Source: Chrysomallon squamiferum
Lineage: Eukaryota > Animalia > Mollusca
Assembly: GCA_012295275.1 (NCBI GenBank)
Contig: CM022675.1
Coordinates: 12,214,001 to 12,278,000, forward strand
DNA length: 64,000 bases
Direction: 5' to 3'
A program made the position numbers and the translations under genes. Under the pieces are notes generated by a model. That model saw only the letters and a list, made by a program, of their open reading frames with translations. It was not told the origin of the DNA and did not search any database. Shown in pieces: positions 1-13,074 of this stretch (its first letter is position 1; each line of letters starts with the position of its first letter).

Positions 1-456
1 TAATGTTAACAATCATTATTATATATATTTATTAATCATATAATTTTTTCTTAAGTCCTGATTAAAATAATATATTTATTAGTTCATGGGTTGTAAATGC
101 AATATTTATATATTATTAGTTATTTAGAATAGAAATGCAGGTTTATATCACAAAAATGTAAAAAAAATAATAATAAAAAACAAAAAATAAAGAAAGAAAA
201 AAATATTTAAATATTACTTATAATGTCCAATCTGTGAATTTAAATTTTCATTTTATTCATTATCTAAGGAATTTTTCTGATATGTTGGAAAAAAATGTTT
301 CAAATATTTAAAGTAGATATTTTGAAAAATATGAATGCATAGTAAATCTATATATAGAATTCTGTAGAAACTGGAGTGCCCACAGTTCAGGGGTCTGTCT
401 ATGTGTTCCAGTTTTTACACCATTACGTTATATTGATTGTGTTGTCTTGGTTACAG

Positions 457-3400
457 GGGTGGTTTTTATCCTTTTCAGTAGAGGCGTTTCATTTGGTGGG
501 CGAGGTAAGTTCATATGAATACTTACTATTTAATGATTATTTTTACTGTTGTTCTAGTTAATATTACTATTATCAAAATATTTATGTTATTGTTATTATT
601 ATATTATTGATACTATTATTGATAGTAATATTTGTTCTTATTATTAAATGATTATTATTATTATTATAAATTTTATTACCATAGTTGATAATAATAATAT
701 CCAATTATCTTTTGTTTTGATATCTGAATTTATTTTGTTTATTTTCAGTTAATAGTAATTACGAGTTTAAAAGATAATTATAGGTAATTAGTTACACAAA
801 TTATCTTTTAAATAAATTATATTATAACATTTTATCATTTAAACAATATTTTTGTTTTCAGTTAACAAATATATTTTATTTATTTTACATAATTTCTTGT
901 CCAAATTTTATAACCTTTTTCAGTTCAGCATGCAAAATGATGTATCTTCTTGTGCCGTTTTTTTTTTGTTTGTTTTTAATCTGTTTTTAGTTTTCAAAAT
1001 CGTGGATTTTTGGGGTTACGGCTTTTTTAGAAAAAACAGTTTAAACTTGAAGAAGAAATTTTAAATTCATGAAGAAACTTAGAACAATCAACTTTTTTTA
1101 CAGCAATCTTTGAAAAATATTTTATTGATTTCTAATATTTAATTAAAAAAGAAATAATAATTTTAATGAATAGTTAAAACAGTTTCAAAATAAAGTAATA
1201 TTATAATTCCATTTAAGTTAATAATTTTTTTAAAGTCCACTATTAAAATTTTGGGTAATTATGTAATCCATTATTTTTAACTTAATAATAATAATAATAA
1301 TAATAGACAAATGTCTAAAAGGAATACTTAAATAATATCCCTGTGAACAGATTTAAATAGTGCTGTAAAGAAAGTTGTTTTTGTTGTTGTAGTTATGTAA
1401 TTATTTTGACTGGAATAAATCTGTTACAACACTTACAAAGTTGTTTTTCTTGTTCTTTCAGTGTATAACAATCCTCGATATTTCTACGATGATGGATCTA
1501 ATTATTATACATATCACTGACGAGGCCTGTCTCTATTTGACCTTGAACTTTAACCTGGAATGTTGCCATAGCGATGACTGCTATACACTCAAAAAGTCTT
1601 CCATGACGCCCACCATAAAACTACAGCCAGTCAAAAGTGGCCAATAAAATTAAAAAGAGAAGCACTCCACCCAGTTTCTGTGATATGATTGGCTGATGAA
1701 TTTCAAAGTCAAATTCTTAAAGGATGATTGGATAATGTTGTGCCAAGTACTGCGTTTTCATTGGTGAATCAATGACAACTGTGATTAATTATGTTGCAAA
1801 ACATTTGTGATATATATTTTTTTTAAATATATGAAAAGAAACTATTTTCATTCAGTTTGAACTGGTTATGTTAAATACCAGTTTGACTTTTATAATCATA
1901 TTTAAAATTATTTTTTGACCAACACTAAGAAAAGATTCAGTAATAGTTTTCAGTTACAGTATATTTCAAATGAAAAACATTTCGGAAATAAACTGGAGGA
2001 TATGAACAGAAATTAAATTTGGAGATAACATATAACCACAGGGGTATCTATAATAATTTTTAAACAGATGTATGACAGTTTTGACCTTAATATTTTCACT
2101 AGTCTAATTTATCAACAAAGTGACTTGTGGCAGAAATTGCCTGTAAACAACAGAGAACTATTTTGAAGCCATTGATTTTTTAAATGTAATAGCATTTTAG
2201 ATTTATTACTTAATACCTGAATATAAGTAGATTATTCACTCTGCATAATAACTATCTGAGATTAAAAAGTAGTTGTTTCTTTTTTATATTTTACTCATAG
2301 AAACAAAAATGCTCATTTAAAAAATGTATTATTTTAATTACATCATGCTCTTAAGTTTAATATTTTTACATGCATTGATATTTTAATGAAAGAAAACATG
2401 TGCATTATATACACAATATTTTAAATTGCAATTTTTAATTTTTTTAAGAAACATCTCTTATTTTGCTCATCTACATATTAAAAAAATAAAATAATAATAT
2501 GGAGAAAAATAAATATAAAGAAAGAAAAATTAAATCAAAAAAGAAAAGAATATGATGTAAAGCAAAGAGATAAATAAAAATATTTAAAAACATACATAAA
2601 AAAAAATAAAAAATAAAAAATTACAGAGAAGGAATAATTTTTTAAATTTAAAAAAATAATAATAATAAAAAATGTATATATATATATAAAATAATTGACT
2701 CGCAGTTCACATCTTTCTGCAACATCAAATCACAGAAGTAAACATTTAAGTATTTAGTAAATGTATATCTAAATAATTTATGTGAATCTGTAATAAAAGC
2801 TTCTCCATCTTAGATAAACATTTAAAAATTTAGAATTATAAACGTATATTTAAGTTGTACACTTTATGTTTACATGTATGTTAAAGATATAAATATTAAT
2901 CTCAAAATGGTTATAAACTAGACAGTGTTTCTATTTCTGTAGCAATTAAAACAAACTGTTACTCATTTTAAAAAATACAATAGCTATTGTTTTAATTATG
3001 TAATCTGAAATAGAGTAAATTGATGGGTAAACAAATGGATGTTAAAAAGGAAAAGAATGATAAAAAGATTAGCTATAGTTGAACTTTATGAATTACATCA
3101 AGATGAAAATAAGAATATGTATCCAATTAAAAAATAAATGGAAATTAATATATTTATTTTTATCAATGCATTATTTAATGAGAAAGAAACAGGAAATGAT
3201 AAATTCATTTCTATTTGTTTTTATTTTATTTTAAACTTTGTTCATTTTAGATTAATTAAAAAAATAAATATTTAAACACATCTATAATTTATTTATTTAC
3301 TTTTTAATTTATTATTTTAAAATATTTGGGGATATGTTTATTTTTACGTATTAATTCTTTCATTTTTCTTTAAAAACCCATCTCTTATTTATTTAATTAT

Positions 3401-4907
3401 TTTGATAATGAAAAAAACAAATGTATTAAAAAGAAAACTTCCAGAGAAAATAAATGGATTTTGTAGATTATTTTTGTGTTGTGTTATTTTTTAACGTACA
3501 GCTTGAATGATTCTGATTTTAAATTACATTACTCTTTAAAGAAGAAGTAATCAAAGCAAAATCAGTTATTTATATTTTTAAACAGTGATTTTTTAGTTCT
3601 TTATCTGTTCTTGGCACAACAGTATCTTGTCCTGCTACATTCAGAAGAAATCAACACCTTCCAAAGATGTTGTGCCTGTATTTTGTTATAAAACTAAACC
3701 TAAATATATTTAATTCAGCATTGAATTAATGAAGACTTCTCATTGGCTGGCAATTTTGAAAAGAAAATGCAAAAAGAGAAATTAATCATATTAATGAGAG
3801 AAAACAGAAAATAAATGAGCATCATTCTAACTACCTCCAAAAATTTGGGTGCTTAACGTTTTTTACATCCAACACATTTATGTTTAAAATGGCAACTTCC
3901 CAGTTTAGTTACTCTAAATAGAGACAGGTCTGAACCGTGATAATTGTTATATCAGAACATCGTACAGATGATGTTTCTGAAATGCCTCATGACTATATAT
4001 ATGTCATTAATACAGTCTTTTGATGTACAAGATAAATTGTACATGATTCAGTTTAGAAATTCATCCAAATGAATTCTTGGATGATCTGAGTGAAGCAAAA
4101 CCCTATTTCCCAATATTACTGTATGCACTTTCATTGAATTTTGCTCTGCATGTTGTTTATATTTTATTTCTAACTGAAATGAGTCTTTTGTTAAATATTT
4201 CATGTTTTTTCTGATAGAATTAATTTAATTTTATTATAACTGCAGATCCACATGTTATAAAAATTTGGGATTACTGTTCCTGGTGATGATGACAATATAC
4301 ATATTATTTATAGCTCATTAATCTTACATCTTGGCTTAAAATAATGTTTCTGTTTATTCCAGTTAGCATTTACTTCATGATGTCAACAAGCTTTATACAT
4401 ATGAGTTTCAAGTGATGACTGGAAGAATATCTGTATAAAATCTTAGATTTGTTTATTTGTATCATTCATAGTGTTTGGTTTTTCACTAAGTAATAGTGTG
4501 TGTTTGTGTGCATATGTGTATGTTTGTATGTTTGTATGTTTGTGCCCATGAATGTATTTATGTGTACCCTTGAGCCTGACTGTGTGAGGATGTACATATT
4601 GAAAATGTGTGTCTGTGTGTGTTTGTGTGTGATGAAATAGTTGTAACTTGTTATTAGATATAAAATAGATACATTTTTCTCTTGTATTAATTTTAATGTA
4701 TAATTTTAAATGAAGTTATTTTTCAGGAGTTCATTAACCAGGGCTATACTATGCAAATAAATACTAAACTATTAACTAAATAACTAGATAAATAAGCAAA
4801 AAAATTATAATATAAAATAAATATAGCTGAACCAAATTTGTGTAGGATATTATTTTTTATAGTTAACTAAAGAAATAACAACAAAACAACAACCACAACA
4901 TAATACA

Positions 4908-4972
<65 letters not shown>

Positions 4973-5516
4973 TAATAATAATTAATTAATAAAATTGAAT
5001 CTATATATTTTTTATACATGTCACTCAGAAGAACAAAATTATCAACTTTTTGAAATTATATAAATTTAACAGTATACATTTAACTATGTACAGAACATTC
5101 TGATAATGTCATTGTGTGCACATAACAGAAAAACTTAACAATCTGTAATGGAATCATACTAAAACATGTTCACAAAAATTATGCAACATAACATTTGCTA
5201 TTAATAAATTGACTAAAGAAAATATTGGAAATATTTTATTTTAGATGTTTGTAATTTTAGAACAAATTTGTTTGTCTCTTTGACATTTCGAAACTAATAA
5301 ATAAGTAAGTTAGCTTACTTCTTAAGACAAAAGCACTGGCAAAAGTAATTTTTCTTTTCAACAAATTAACACTGCAGCTGATTACATTGTTTCATTTAGC
5401 TTTTCGAGGAAGAAATCATTTTGGAAGAGTTTTACCAACAAACACCAGAACTGATGTTATAGCAAGTAAGTAACTGAAGTATAAGTGTTCATATATAGTA
5501 TCTTTATATAGACATG

Positions 5517-5595
<79 letters not shown>

Positions 5596-6392
5596 TGCAG
5601 TTTCTATTATTATTATTATTATTGATATTAATAATACTGAATTAGTTAAAGTAAAAGTGATAATAAAAATGAAGGTAATAAAGATAATGACAATTAAAGT
5701 AAGTATAATGATAATAATCATATAATAAGGATCATGTTTTAGGAAACATCTCTTGTTTTGCTCATCCAGATATTAAAATTACGTGTGTGTGTGTGTGTTT
5801 TCTATTAAATTTGAATTAGTATAAAATATAAACTCTCTGAGTTTTATTATGTTACAGATGTGAAGAGAACAGACTGGGTGAGAAAAACTTACCCTTATGA
5901 AGATTCAAGTAAGTAAAACAACCATTTTGTTTTGAATATTTAATTTGTCATATCACCTTTATGTTTGATACCACAGGGCAACTACTTAAAATCACCCTTA
6001 GGTGTCAAATAAGCACACAGAAACACATACATAATACACTCTCACGTACTCAAAATGGAATTAATAATTAGAAAAACCACCATTTTTGTTGGAACCAATA
6101 AATGAATATTTAATTACCAAAACCTCTAACGTGTACTCACGTGACTAATTAAACTTTTAATTAATAAAACCATTATTACAAGCAGACATATTAATATATT
6201 AGCAAGAAAACCACCATTTTGTTTCACTTAAATTGTCTGAATAAATTTCACTTTCATGCTTTTCAACCAACTTTACAAATGTCCATTAAGTGAAATGGCA
6301 CTAATTATAAAAATATCTTACTGCTGTCAACACCACTAATAATTTTAAATCTTTTTTTTTTTTTTTTTTTTTTTTTAATAATAATAATAATA

Positions 6393-6427
<35 letters not shown>

Positions 6428-8310
6428 CATTTGAATTTTTACAATGATTTTACATTTTTACTTTTATGTTTTGTATTTTTCAGAGGGACTTGCTCGTTTT
6501 CGTGAAATTGCTTTAGCAGCTTGGTTTATTGCAGTTCTTAAAGCTTCTGTTCAGAAGGTATTTACTAACAATGAGGAGTTCACAGTGGTATTAAATTCCC
6601 TTTCAAAATCAAGTCTAGTGACACTAAACATTTTTTATTAAAATCTAATGTCATAATTTTACTGAAAATGTATTAAAAGTAAAATTGCTTTTAAAGTGTC
6701 AGTTATACAAAAATATTTAATATTCAAGTTAAATTTTCATTCAGAATATTATTCATACTAAAAATATTTTCATTCAGAGACAGTAAAATAATAATTGTGT
6801 TAGGGTTATTTAATTTGTTCTTCTTGTTTACTTATCTAATATATGATTTGATATTTTATTCTTAAACAGTATTATGCATATATGAATGAGATGGCTGCTT
6901 TTTATTATTTACTTATATAATTATATGTACATATATAGTAAATTTAATAAATATAATTTTTGATAACTTGATTAATAGGTTATCAGGTGATAGTGACATG
7001 AATCTGTAATAATACTGATGTAAAGAAATTTGCTACAGCCACATTAAAGTATTCAAAATAGCAGCAAGGGTCTTTTTTACAATAGGAAAGCAGAAAGCAA
7101 TAAAAATAAATCAGAATCATTATAATAATAATTGTAATAATAATGACAAAATAACTAATAATGTTGATTGTAATTATTATAATAGCACTAAGAGTAAGAA
7201 CAACAGCAATAATAATAACAATAACAACTACAATTATAATAGTAATGGAATCATCAACAGTGGTAATCACAACAACAACAACAACAGTAATGATTAGTTT
7301 CAACAGTAATATTAAAAGTAATAATGTAAGAAGAAAATAAAGCAAACTGTGAAATACAGGTATTTATGTTTCCACTGTGTCTTCTCAGTAGATATTAACA
7401 TTTTATTTGGATTTTTTAGTCTCATTTTAAAATAACAAGCTGAAAACTGTGTTTGTAGATACTAACATTTTGCATGTCTTGATAGTCTTTATTAGTATAT
7501 AATAAAATTATGATTTTTTTTTTTAAATTGCTTTTAGATATTTTTATGGTTTTATTTATTATACACATTTGCATGTCAGTCACATTTTTGCTATTTTTCA
7601 AATTTCACTTTTATTAACATAATTGTCTTATAGTTATTATATATTAATTTATGTTTTATTTACATTTTATTTATTTATATATTTATTTATTTATTCATTC
7701 ATTTATATTTTATTTAGTATCATTTTATTTTATTTTATTTTATTTATTTTATTTTTATTTAAATTAATTATCTCTTCATGTTTGCACTTATCTGCATGGC
7801 ATTCACATTCAGAAAGCTTCTAAATATCTAATAACATGCACATTTTTTTTTTTATTTTTTCTTTTTTACCTAAATAACTGAAAATAAAGTATTCTTAAGT
7901 AGAAGTGTAGTATGTTTTCATATTATTATTTTCTTGATTAAAATATTTATTATTAATATTTAAATAAATTAGTATACTACTATTCAAGCACAAGGATTTT
8001 AAGACAAATTATTATTTTAATTTGACTTTTTACAGTTGTTTTATTGTTACAGTTTACCATTAGAATTTACATGCATATGTTTAATAACATATCTGATACT
8101 GTGAATATATAATATAATATATGATGTATCTGTCATGCGTATTAATGATATAATATAATGGAATTAAACATTAATGTGATCTATGATATATCTGATAAAA
8201 TGTATATCTTACTATATATAATGTATCATATAATGTATAGTACATCTGATATAATGTGTGTGTGTGTGTGATGTACAACAGATCTGATATAATGTATAAT
8301 ATAACACTGA

Positions 8311-8346
<36 letters not shown>

Positions 8347-11300
8347 TCTGATATAATGTATAGTACATCTGATATAATGTATAATATAACACTGAATGTT
8401 TCAGGGAAAAGGCAATCGACCTAGCAGTGCTTTCTTGTTTGGAATTATTCTGAAAGAAATAGTAGCAGCTTTACAAAGACTTTATTTAAATGTAAGAACA
8501 ACAATCTGAAAAACAGTTTTTATCACACACATGCCCATTATTTGTTTTTATTTTTCATATCCAGTGGTCTCCCCACCATTTGTGAAAGTTAAACAAAGGG
8601 ATGGTGCAGAAAATGTTCAGGGTGCAAGTACTTTGAACAATGTTCAAATTACTAGTTTGTCAAAAATACACCTATAAATAATTGCATCAAATGCATTAAC
8701 TATTAACAAGACGATGAGTTGGCGATGCGCTGTTAATAATTATTTTTATATTGTGTGGATCATATCTGTTTTCGAAGGACGAAGATAATATTTGAAAAAT
8801 GTTATTTATGCATCTTTATACAGTTGCATGTTAAAAAATGTGTAGCGATCACTAAAATTCATATGCAATAATTTAGCCATGCAACTTCTGCTACAGTAGC
8901 CATAATTACACAGGCATCATGAGTAGCAGCAAATTTCAGAGGAATCGAATTTGTAAATATGACAGTCGCCGCTTTGGATCCAATCTATTTTGTTTAAGGA
9001 CAAGACGTGAACTGCTGACACTAAAAGTGCAAAACAGTGGCATGACAGTGGCATGACAGTGGCATGACAGGTAGTCTGAATAAATGCATGGCAGTTACTG
9101 CTGCCGCTGATGATGAATGGCGGGCAAATGCGTTGTAAGCCGTAAGTTCGCAGGCCCGCCATCTGTTATTGTGTGTAGTGAGACCTCTGAATTAATAACT
9201 TTTTTAAATGTTATGTATACATGTATATATTTGTGTGTGTGTGTAAAACAGTAACACACACAATACTGAATACATACCCATTTACAGTTGTAAATATTAC
9301 ATATATATAAATATATATACAAAAAGTCTCAAACAAATACTTATATTCATATAAACACGTGCACACATACACACACACACACACTTAACCACATACTGTG
9401 AAAGAATTCTGCAAACAAACCTGAACTGGTTATAACTTTCAGCCTAATGGAAACATTTACCCGGTGATGAAGGACATCATTGGTCCAGATGCTTATGACC
9501 TGTCGGTGCTAGTGGACAGTGGGCAAGGGGCTCAGCCATTACAGAGGGACCGCAGTGCACTCATGCAGATTCTCGCCTATGTGATGGAGAACATAATTTA
9601 CCACATCACAGAAATCATGGTAATATTACTTTTATATTGCACAAATCATGGTAGTATTTTTTTTATGTATTACAGATTATCTTTATTATATCAAAGAAAT
9701 CATCTTAATGTTACAAAAAAAATTTCCCAGTTTTCTATTACAGTTGTGGAGTTTTGGTTCTTGATTATGTTTATACCACATAGACAAATACACATAATCA
9801 GTTTTCAAACAGCTAAGTACATAATTTAGAAAACAGATAAATACTTTATTATGTAAGTTTTGAGAAGAAAAAACCCACTAAAAATGATGAAGATGATGAT
9901 GGTGGTGATACTATTAATAATAATATTTTCGGTTTCAGCCCAAAACTGGTGTGTTAGGAACACATCGCAAATCTGCTGTGTTTGAACTGATAAAGACAGA
10001 CAGACGTTTTCCTGATGGATATTTCTGGCAGGTGGAACTGGTATGTTGCTCGTTTTTGTTATTTTTTTATTTCCAGAGACAGACAACTCTATCACTGTTT
10101 CAAAAACGTTATAAAAATGCACAGGCATAAATTACATAGCAGTTTACTCCCCAGATGAATACATTTACCACAAACATATAATTGTTTAAATATTGCCATG
10201 TAGCATCATTATCATCATCACTATGAATTATTATTATCATTATATTTATTATTATTATGTTATTTCTCTTAACATTGACTACAGTTCAGTGTTATTATCT
10301 GTATTATAATTATAGCTATAACTTAAATGATTATTATGGTGATTACTATTATTATATTTAATATTGTTGTTATTATGTTGTTTATTACACACACACACAG
10401 ACACACACACACACACATATATTATTGTTATTGTTATAATAATAATATTATTGTTGTCATTATTATTACTGTTATAATTATCATTATTATTATAATTATT
10501 ATTACTATTATTATTACATTATTATTATTACTATCACTATTATTATTATTATTATTATTATTAGGATCGACTGCAGTTCAATGAAAGAGGAAGAACCATC
10601 AACATTGGAAATAACGAGGCATTCTTTCTTATTATCGGAATATTTCTCTCCAGGAGTCTTGTCACCACGGTAATGTAGTTTCAAATTTAGAATATACCTG
10701 GACAGGTAAAAAAGAAAATGGCAAGGTGAAGAGCAATTACTGAAAAGTTTCAGATGTTTGGGAAAAAAGATAAAAATTATCTTGTGTATTTCTTTTATAT
10801 AATTTTAATATTTTCTTAAATCGAGATAATAAATAAAATAATAATAACATTTTAATAAATATAAAATACATAATAATTATTTTTATTCAAAATGCAATAT
10901 ATTTCATTAATTTATTAATTAGATCATTTGTTCACTGAAATGCAAGATATATGACAATTATTTTTATTCAAATTACAGTAAAAGTCATAAGTTTACTATT
11001 ATATGATTTAGTTACGAAAATGCTAGATATATAACAATTATTTTTATTCAGAATACAATATAATTCATTAATTTAATATCTGTAATTCATCCAGTAAATT
11101 GCAAAGTACATGACCATTATGTTTTAGAGTCAAAATTGGATGATTCATCTGGGAAAATGGAAAACATTTAACAGTTATTTGTATTCAAATCCTAATTATA
11201 ATTCACTAGTTTATTAACTAGTTGATTGCAATGTCCATTTTTATAACATTTCAGTTGTTTCTCAAACCAATAGACTATGGTTTGTCCACTGAACCGCTGA

Positions 11301-12746
11301 ATGATGTGAATTATCGCAACTTGAAAGTTATTTCATCTTGCATGTTGTTTTTGATCAGAAGAGTTTCTGTACCCAAAGGCCATCCGATGTTGGTTTGTAG
11401 AAATTTTAATCTGGTTTTTTCTTTTATGTGTAATTTTGATGGTTTGTAGAAATTTTAATCTGGTTTTTTCTTTTATGTGTAATTTTGATGTTTTGTAGAA
11501 ATTTTAATCTGTTTTTCTTTTATATGAAATTTTATGGTTTGTAAAAATTTTAATCTGTTTTATTGTTTGTAGAAATTTTAATCTCTTTTTTTTTTTTCAC
11601 ATTTATATGAGATTTGGATGGTTTGTAGAAATTTAAAATATTTTGTCTTTTAAGTACAACATGTATTTTGCTGTTAAATAAAAGGCAAGTGAAAATATAT
11701 ATATATATATAAAGAAGAAAAACAAAAACAAATCCTAACAACACAATAATAATTGAACAAAAATGATTATATTAATAACCAAATACTACTGCCATAATTA
11801 CAACTATTTGTATTACTTTACTATTACTACCACTGCTATTACTATTACTACTACTAGTACTCCTGCTGCGTCTGCTATTACTATTACTACAAATAATAAT
11901 AAAAGGAAGAATAACAACAAAAATTAAAGTGAAATCCAATAATTATTAAATGTAAAACAATGCAGAATAAATTGTAAAATATTATTTAGTACAGAAAAAG
12001 ATAAAAAAGTAATAATAATAAATAAATGCTGTTTAATTAAAATTATTGAATGATAGGGATTGTTTCATGTTTTATCTGTAAATTTATTTTAATTCATTTG
12101 TTTCAGCCCATGCCTGGAGAGATAGCCAAGCATGTCTACAGAGATGAAGAAATGAAGAATGTGTACATTGGTCTGAGGAAGTCATATGAATACTGTGAAG
12201 TATGTAATAAATATTTAAATTAAATTAATTTCTATTTAAAATTTCTTAGAGTGTGTGTACAACAGGTTATGACAAGTATTGTGTATTGAATGCATTAAGA
12301 AACTGTTTTATTTTTTCTAATTCAGAATTTATTAAGAGAATGGACTTAAGAGATTGTATTTTGTCTAATCAGAATTTATTATGAGAATGGGGTGCTGAGT
12401 ATATTAAAAGACTTATTTTCTCTGTTTCAGAATTCATTAAGAGAATGAGATTCTGAGTATATTAAGAGATTGTATTTTCTCTGTTTCACAATTTATTAAG
12501 AGAATGGAATTAAGAGATTGTATTTTCTCTGTTTCAGAATTTATTAAGAGAATGAGATTCTGAGTATATTAAGAGATTGTATTTTCTCTATTTTACAATT
12601 TATTAAGAGAATGGAATTAAGAGATTGTATTTTCTCTGTTTCAGAATTTATTAAGAGAATGGGGTGCTGAGTATATTAAGCGACTAAGAGCAGCTGCTGA
12701 TTCTACTACAGATCTACAGCCCCCTTTGTCAAAAACACAACGCTAA
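457..12746 (+). CDS. Uncharacterised multi-exon protein-coding gene, 5' end outside window (>=331 aa from exon 5400 onward)
   Basis: Phase-compatible GT-AG exons: 457(or 479)-504, 5400-5465, 5858-5908, 6484-6557, 8405-8491, 9443-9619, 9939-10040, 10565-10669, 11255-11392, 12107-12199, 12645-12746(TAA). They join into one open frame: ...RGVSFGGR/AFRGRNHFGRVLPTNTRTDVIA/NVKRTDWVRKTYPYEDS/KGLARFREIALAAWFIAVLKASVQK/GKGNRPSSAFLFGIILKEIVAALQRLYLN/PNGNIYPVMKDII...YHITEIM/PKTGVLGTHRKSAVFELIKTDRRFPDGYFWQVEL/DRLQFNERGRTINIGNNEAFFLIIGIFLSRSLVTT/LFLKPIDYGL...KGHPML/PMPGEIAKHVYRDEEMKNVYIGLRKSYEYCE/NLLREWGAEYIKRLRAAADSTTDLQPPLSKTQR*. No family recognised. The link between exon 504 and exon 5400 is less certain than the rest. 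Confidence 0.85.
1462..1520 (+). CDS. Terminal coding exon (alternative short-isoform end, or end of a separate upstream gene)
   Basis: Strong acceptor TTGTTTTTCTTGTTCTTTCAG|. Joined to the phase-1 donor at 504 it reads (V)YNNPRYFYDDGSNYYTYH*, followed by UTR-like sequence. Confidence 0.6.
8562..9189. mobile_element. Putative non-autonomous DNA transposon (hAT-like TIRs) in intron
   Basis: Imperfect terminal inverted repeats CAGTGGTCTCCCCAC ... GTAGTGAGACCTCTG. Interior is more CpG-rich than the flanks and carries (CAGTGGCATGA)x3 at ~9045-9070 and a GC-rich hairpin ATGGCGGGC...GCCCGCCAT (9117-9162). No TSD found. Confidence 0.45.
10865..11220. repeat. Degenerate ~79-bp intronic tandem repeat
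   Basis: GATATATRACAATTATTTTTATTCA-like motif recurs at ~10868, 10947, 11026 and more weakly at ~11105 and 11165. Confidence 0.6.
11386..11640 (+). repeat. ~49-bp tandem repeat containing the exon donor site
   Basis: GATGGTTTGTAGAAATTTTAATCTG... in about 6 decaying copies, starting at the genuine TTG|GTTTGT donor (11392/11393). Confidence 0.8.
12295..12695 (+). repeat. Tandem array of duplicated intron-end/terminal-exon-start units (7 copies)
   Basis: GAGATTGTATTTTCTCTGTTTCAG|AATTTATTAAGAGAATG repeated; only the last copy continues as the full terminal exon. Confidence 0.9.
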
Positions 12747-13008
12747 TACAGACTCCAGTACAGACAGACAACAGACAGGACTTTGTTTATTATTCTGATG
12801 GACAAAACAATTTTACTATTATCTGCTGGTCAGTTAATCTGCAAATATAATTACTGTAGTTGAAATCTAAAATTTATAAAATCATTATGCTAGAAATGAA
12901 ATTGTTTTGTAAGAATAATACATTTTTCTTATTTCAGTTAACAAATTCCAAAAGTATGAAAACAGAACACTAAAGAAATGTTGATTTATTACAGATGATA
13001 CAGTACCT

Positions 13009-13074
13009 GTGTGTGTGGGTGGGTGGGTGTGTGTATGTTTGGGGGTATGGGGGTATGGGGGGTGTGGGGGTGTG

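Noticed and set aside
6983-7823. Hydrophobic ORFs resembling membrane proteins (also at 10327, 19636, 29209, 49976)
   Set aside because: Low-complexity ATT/TTTA repeats in introns and intergenic DNA.
9100-9165. Hammerhead ribozyme (CTGATGA next to a hairpin)
   Set aside because: No GAAA core strand or compatible stems I-III.
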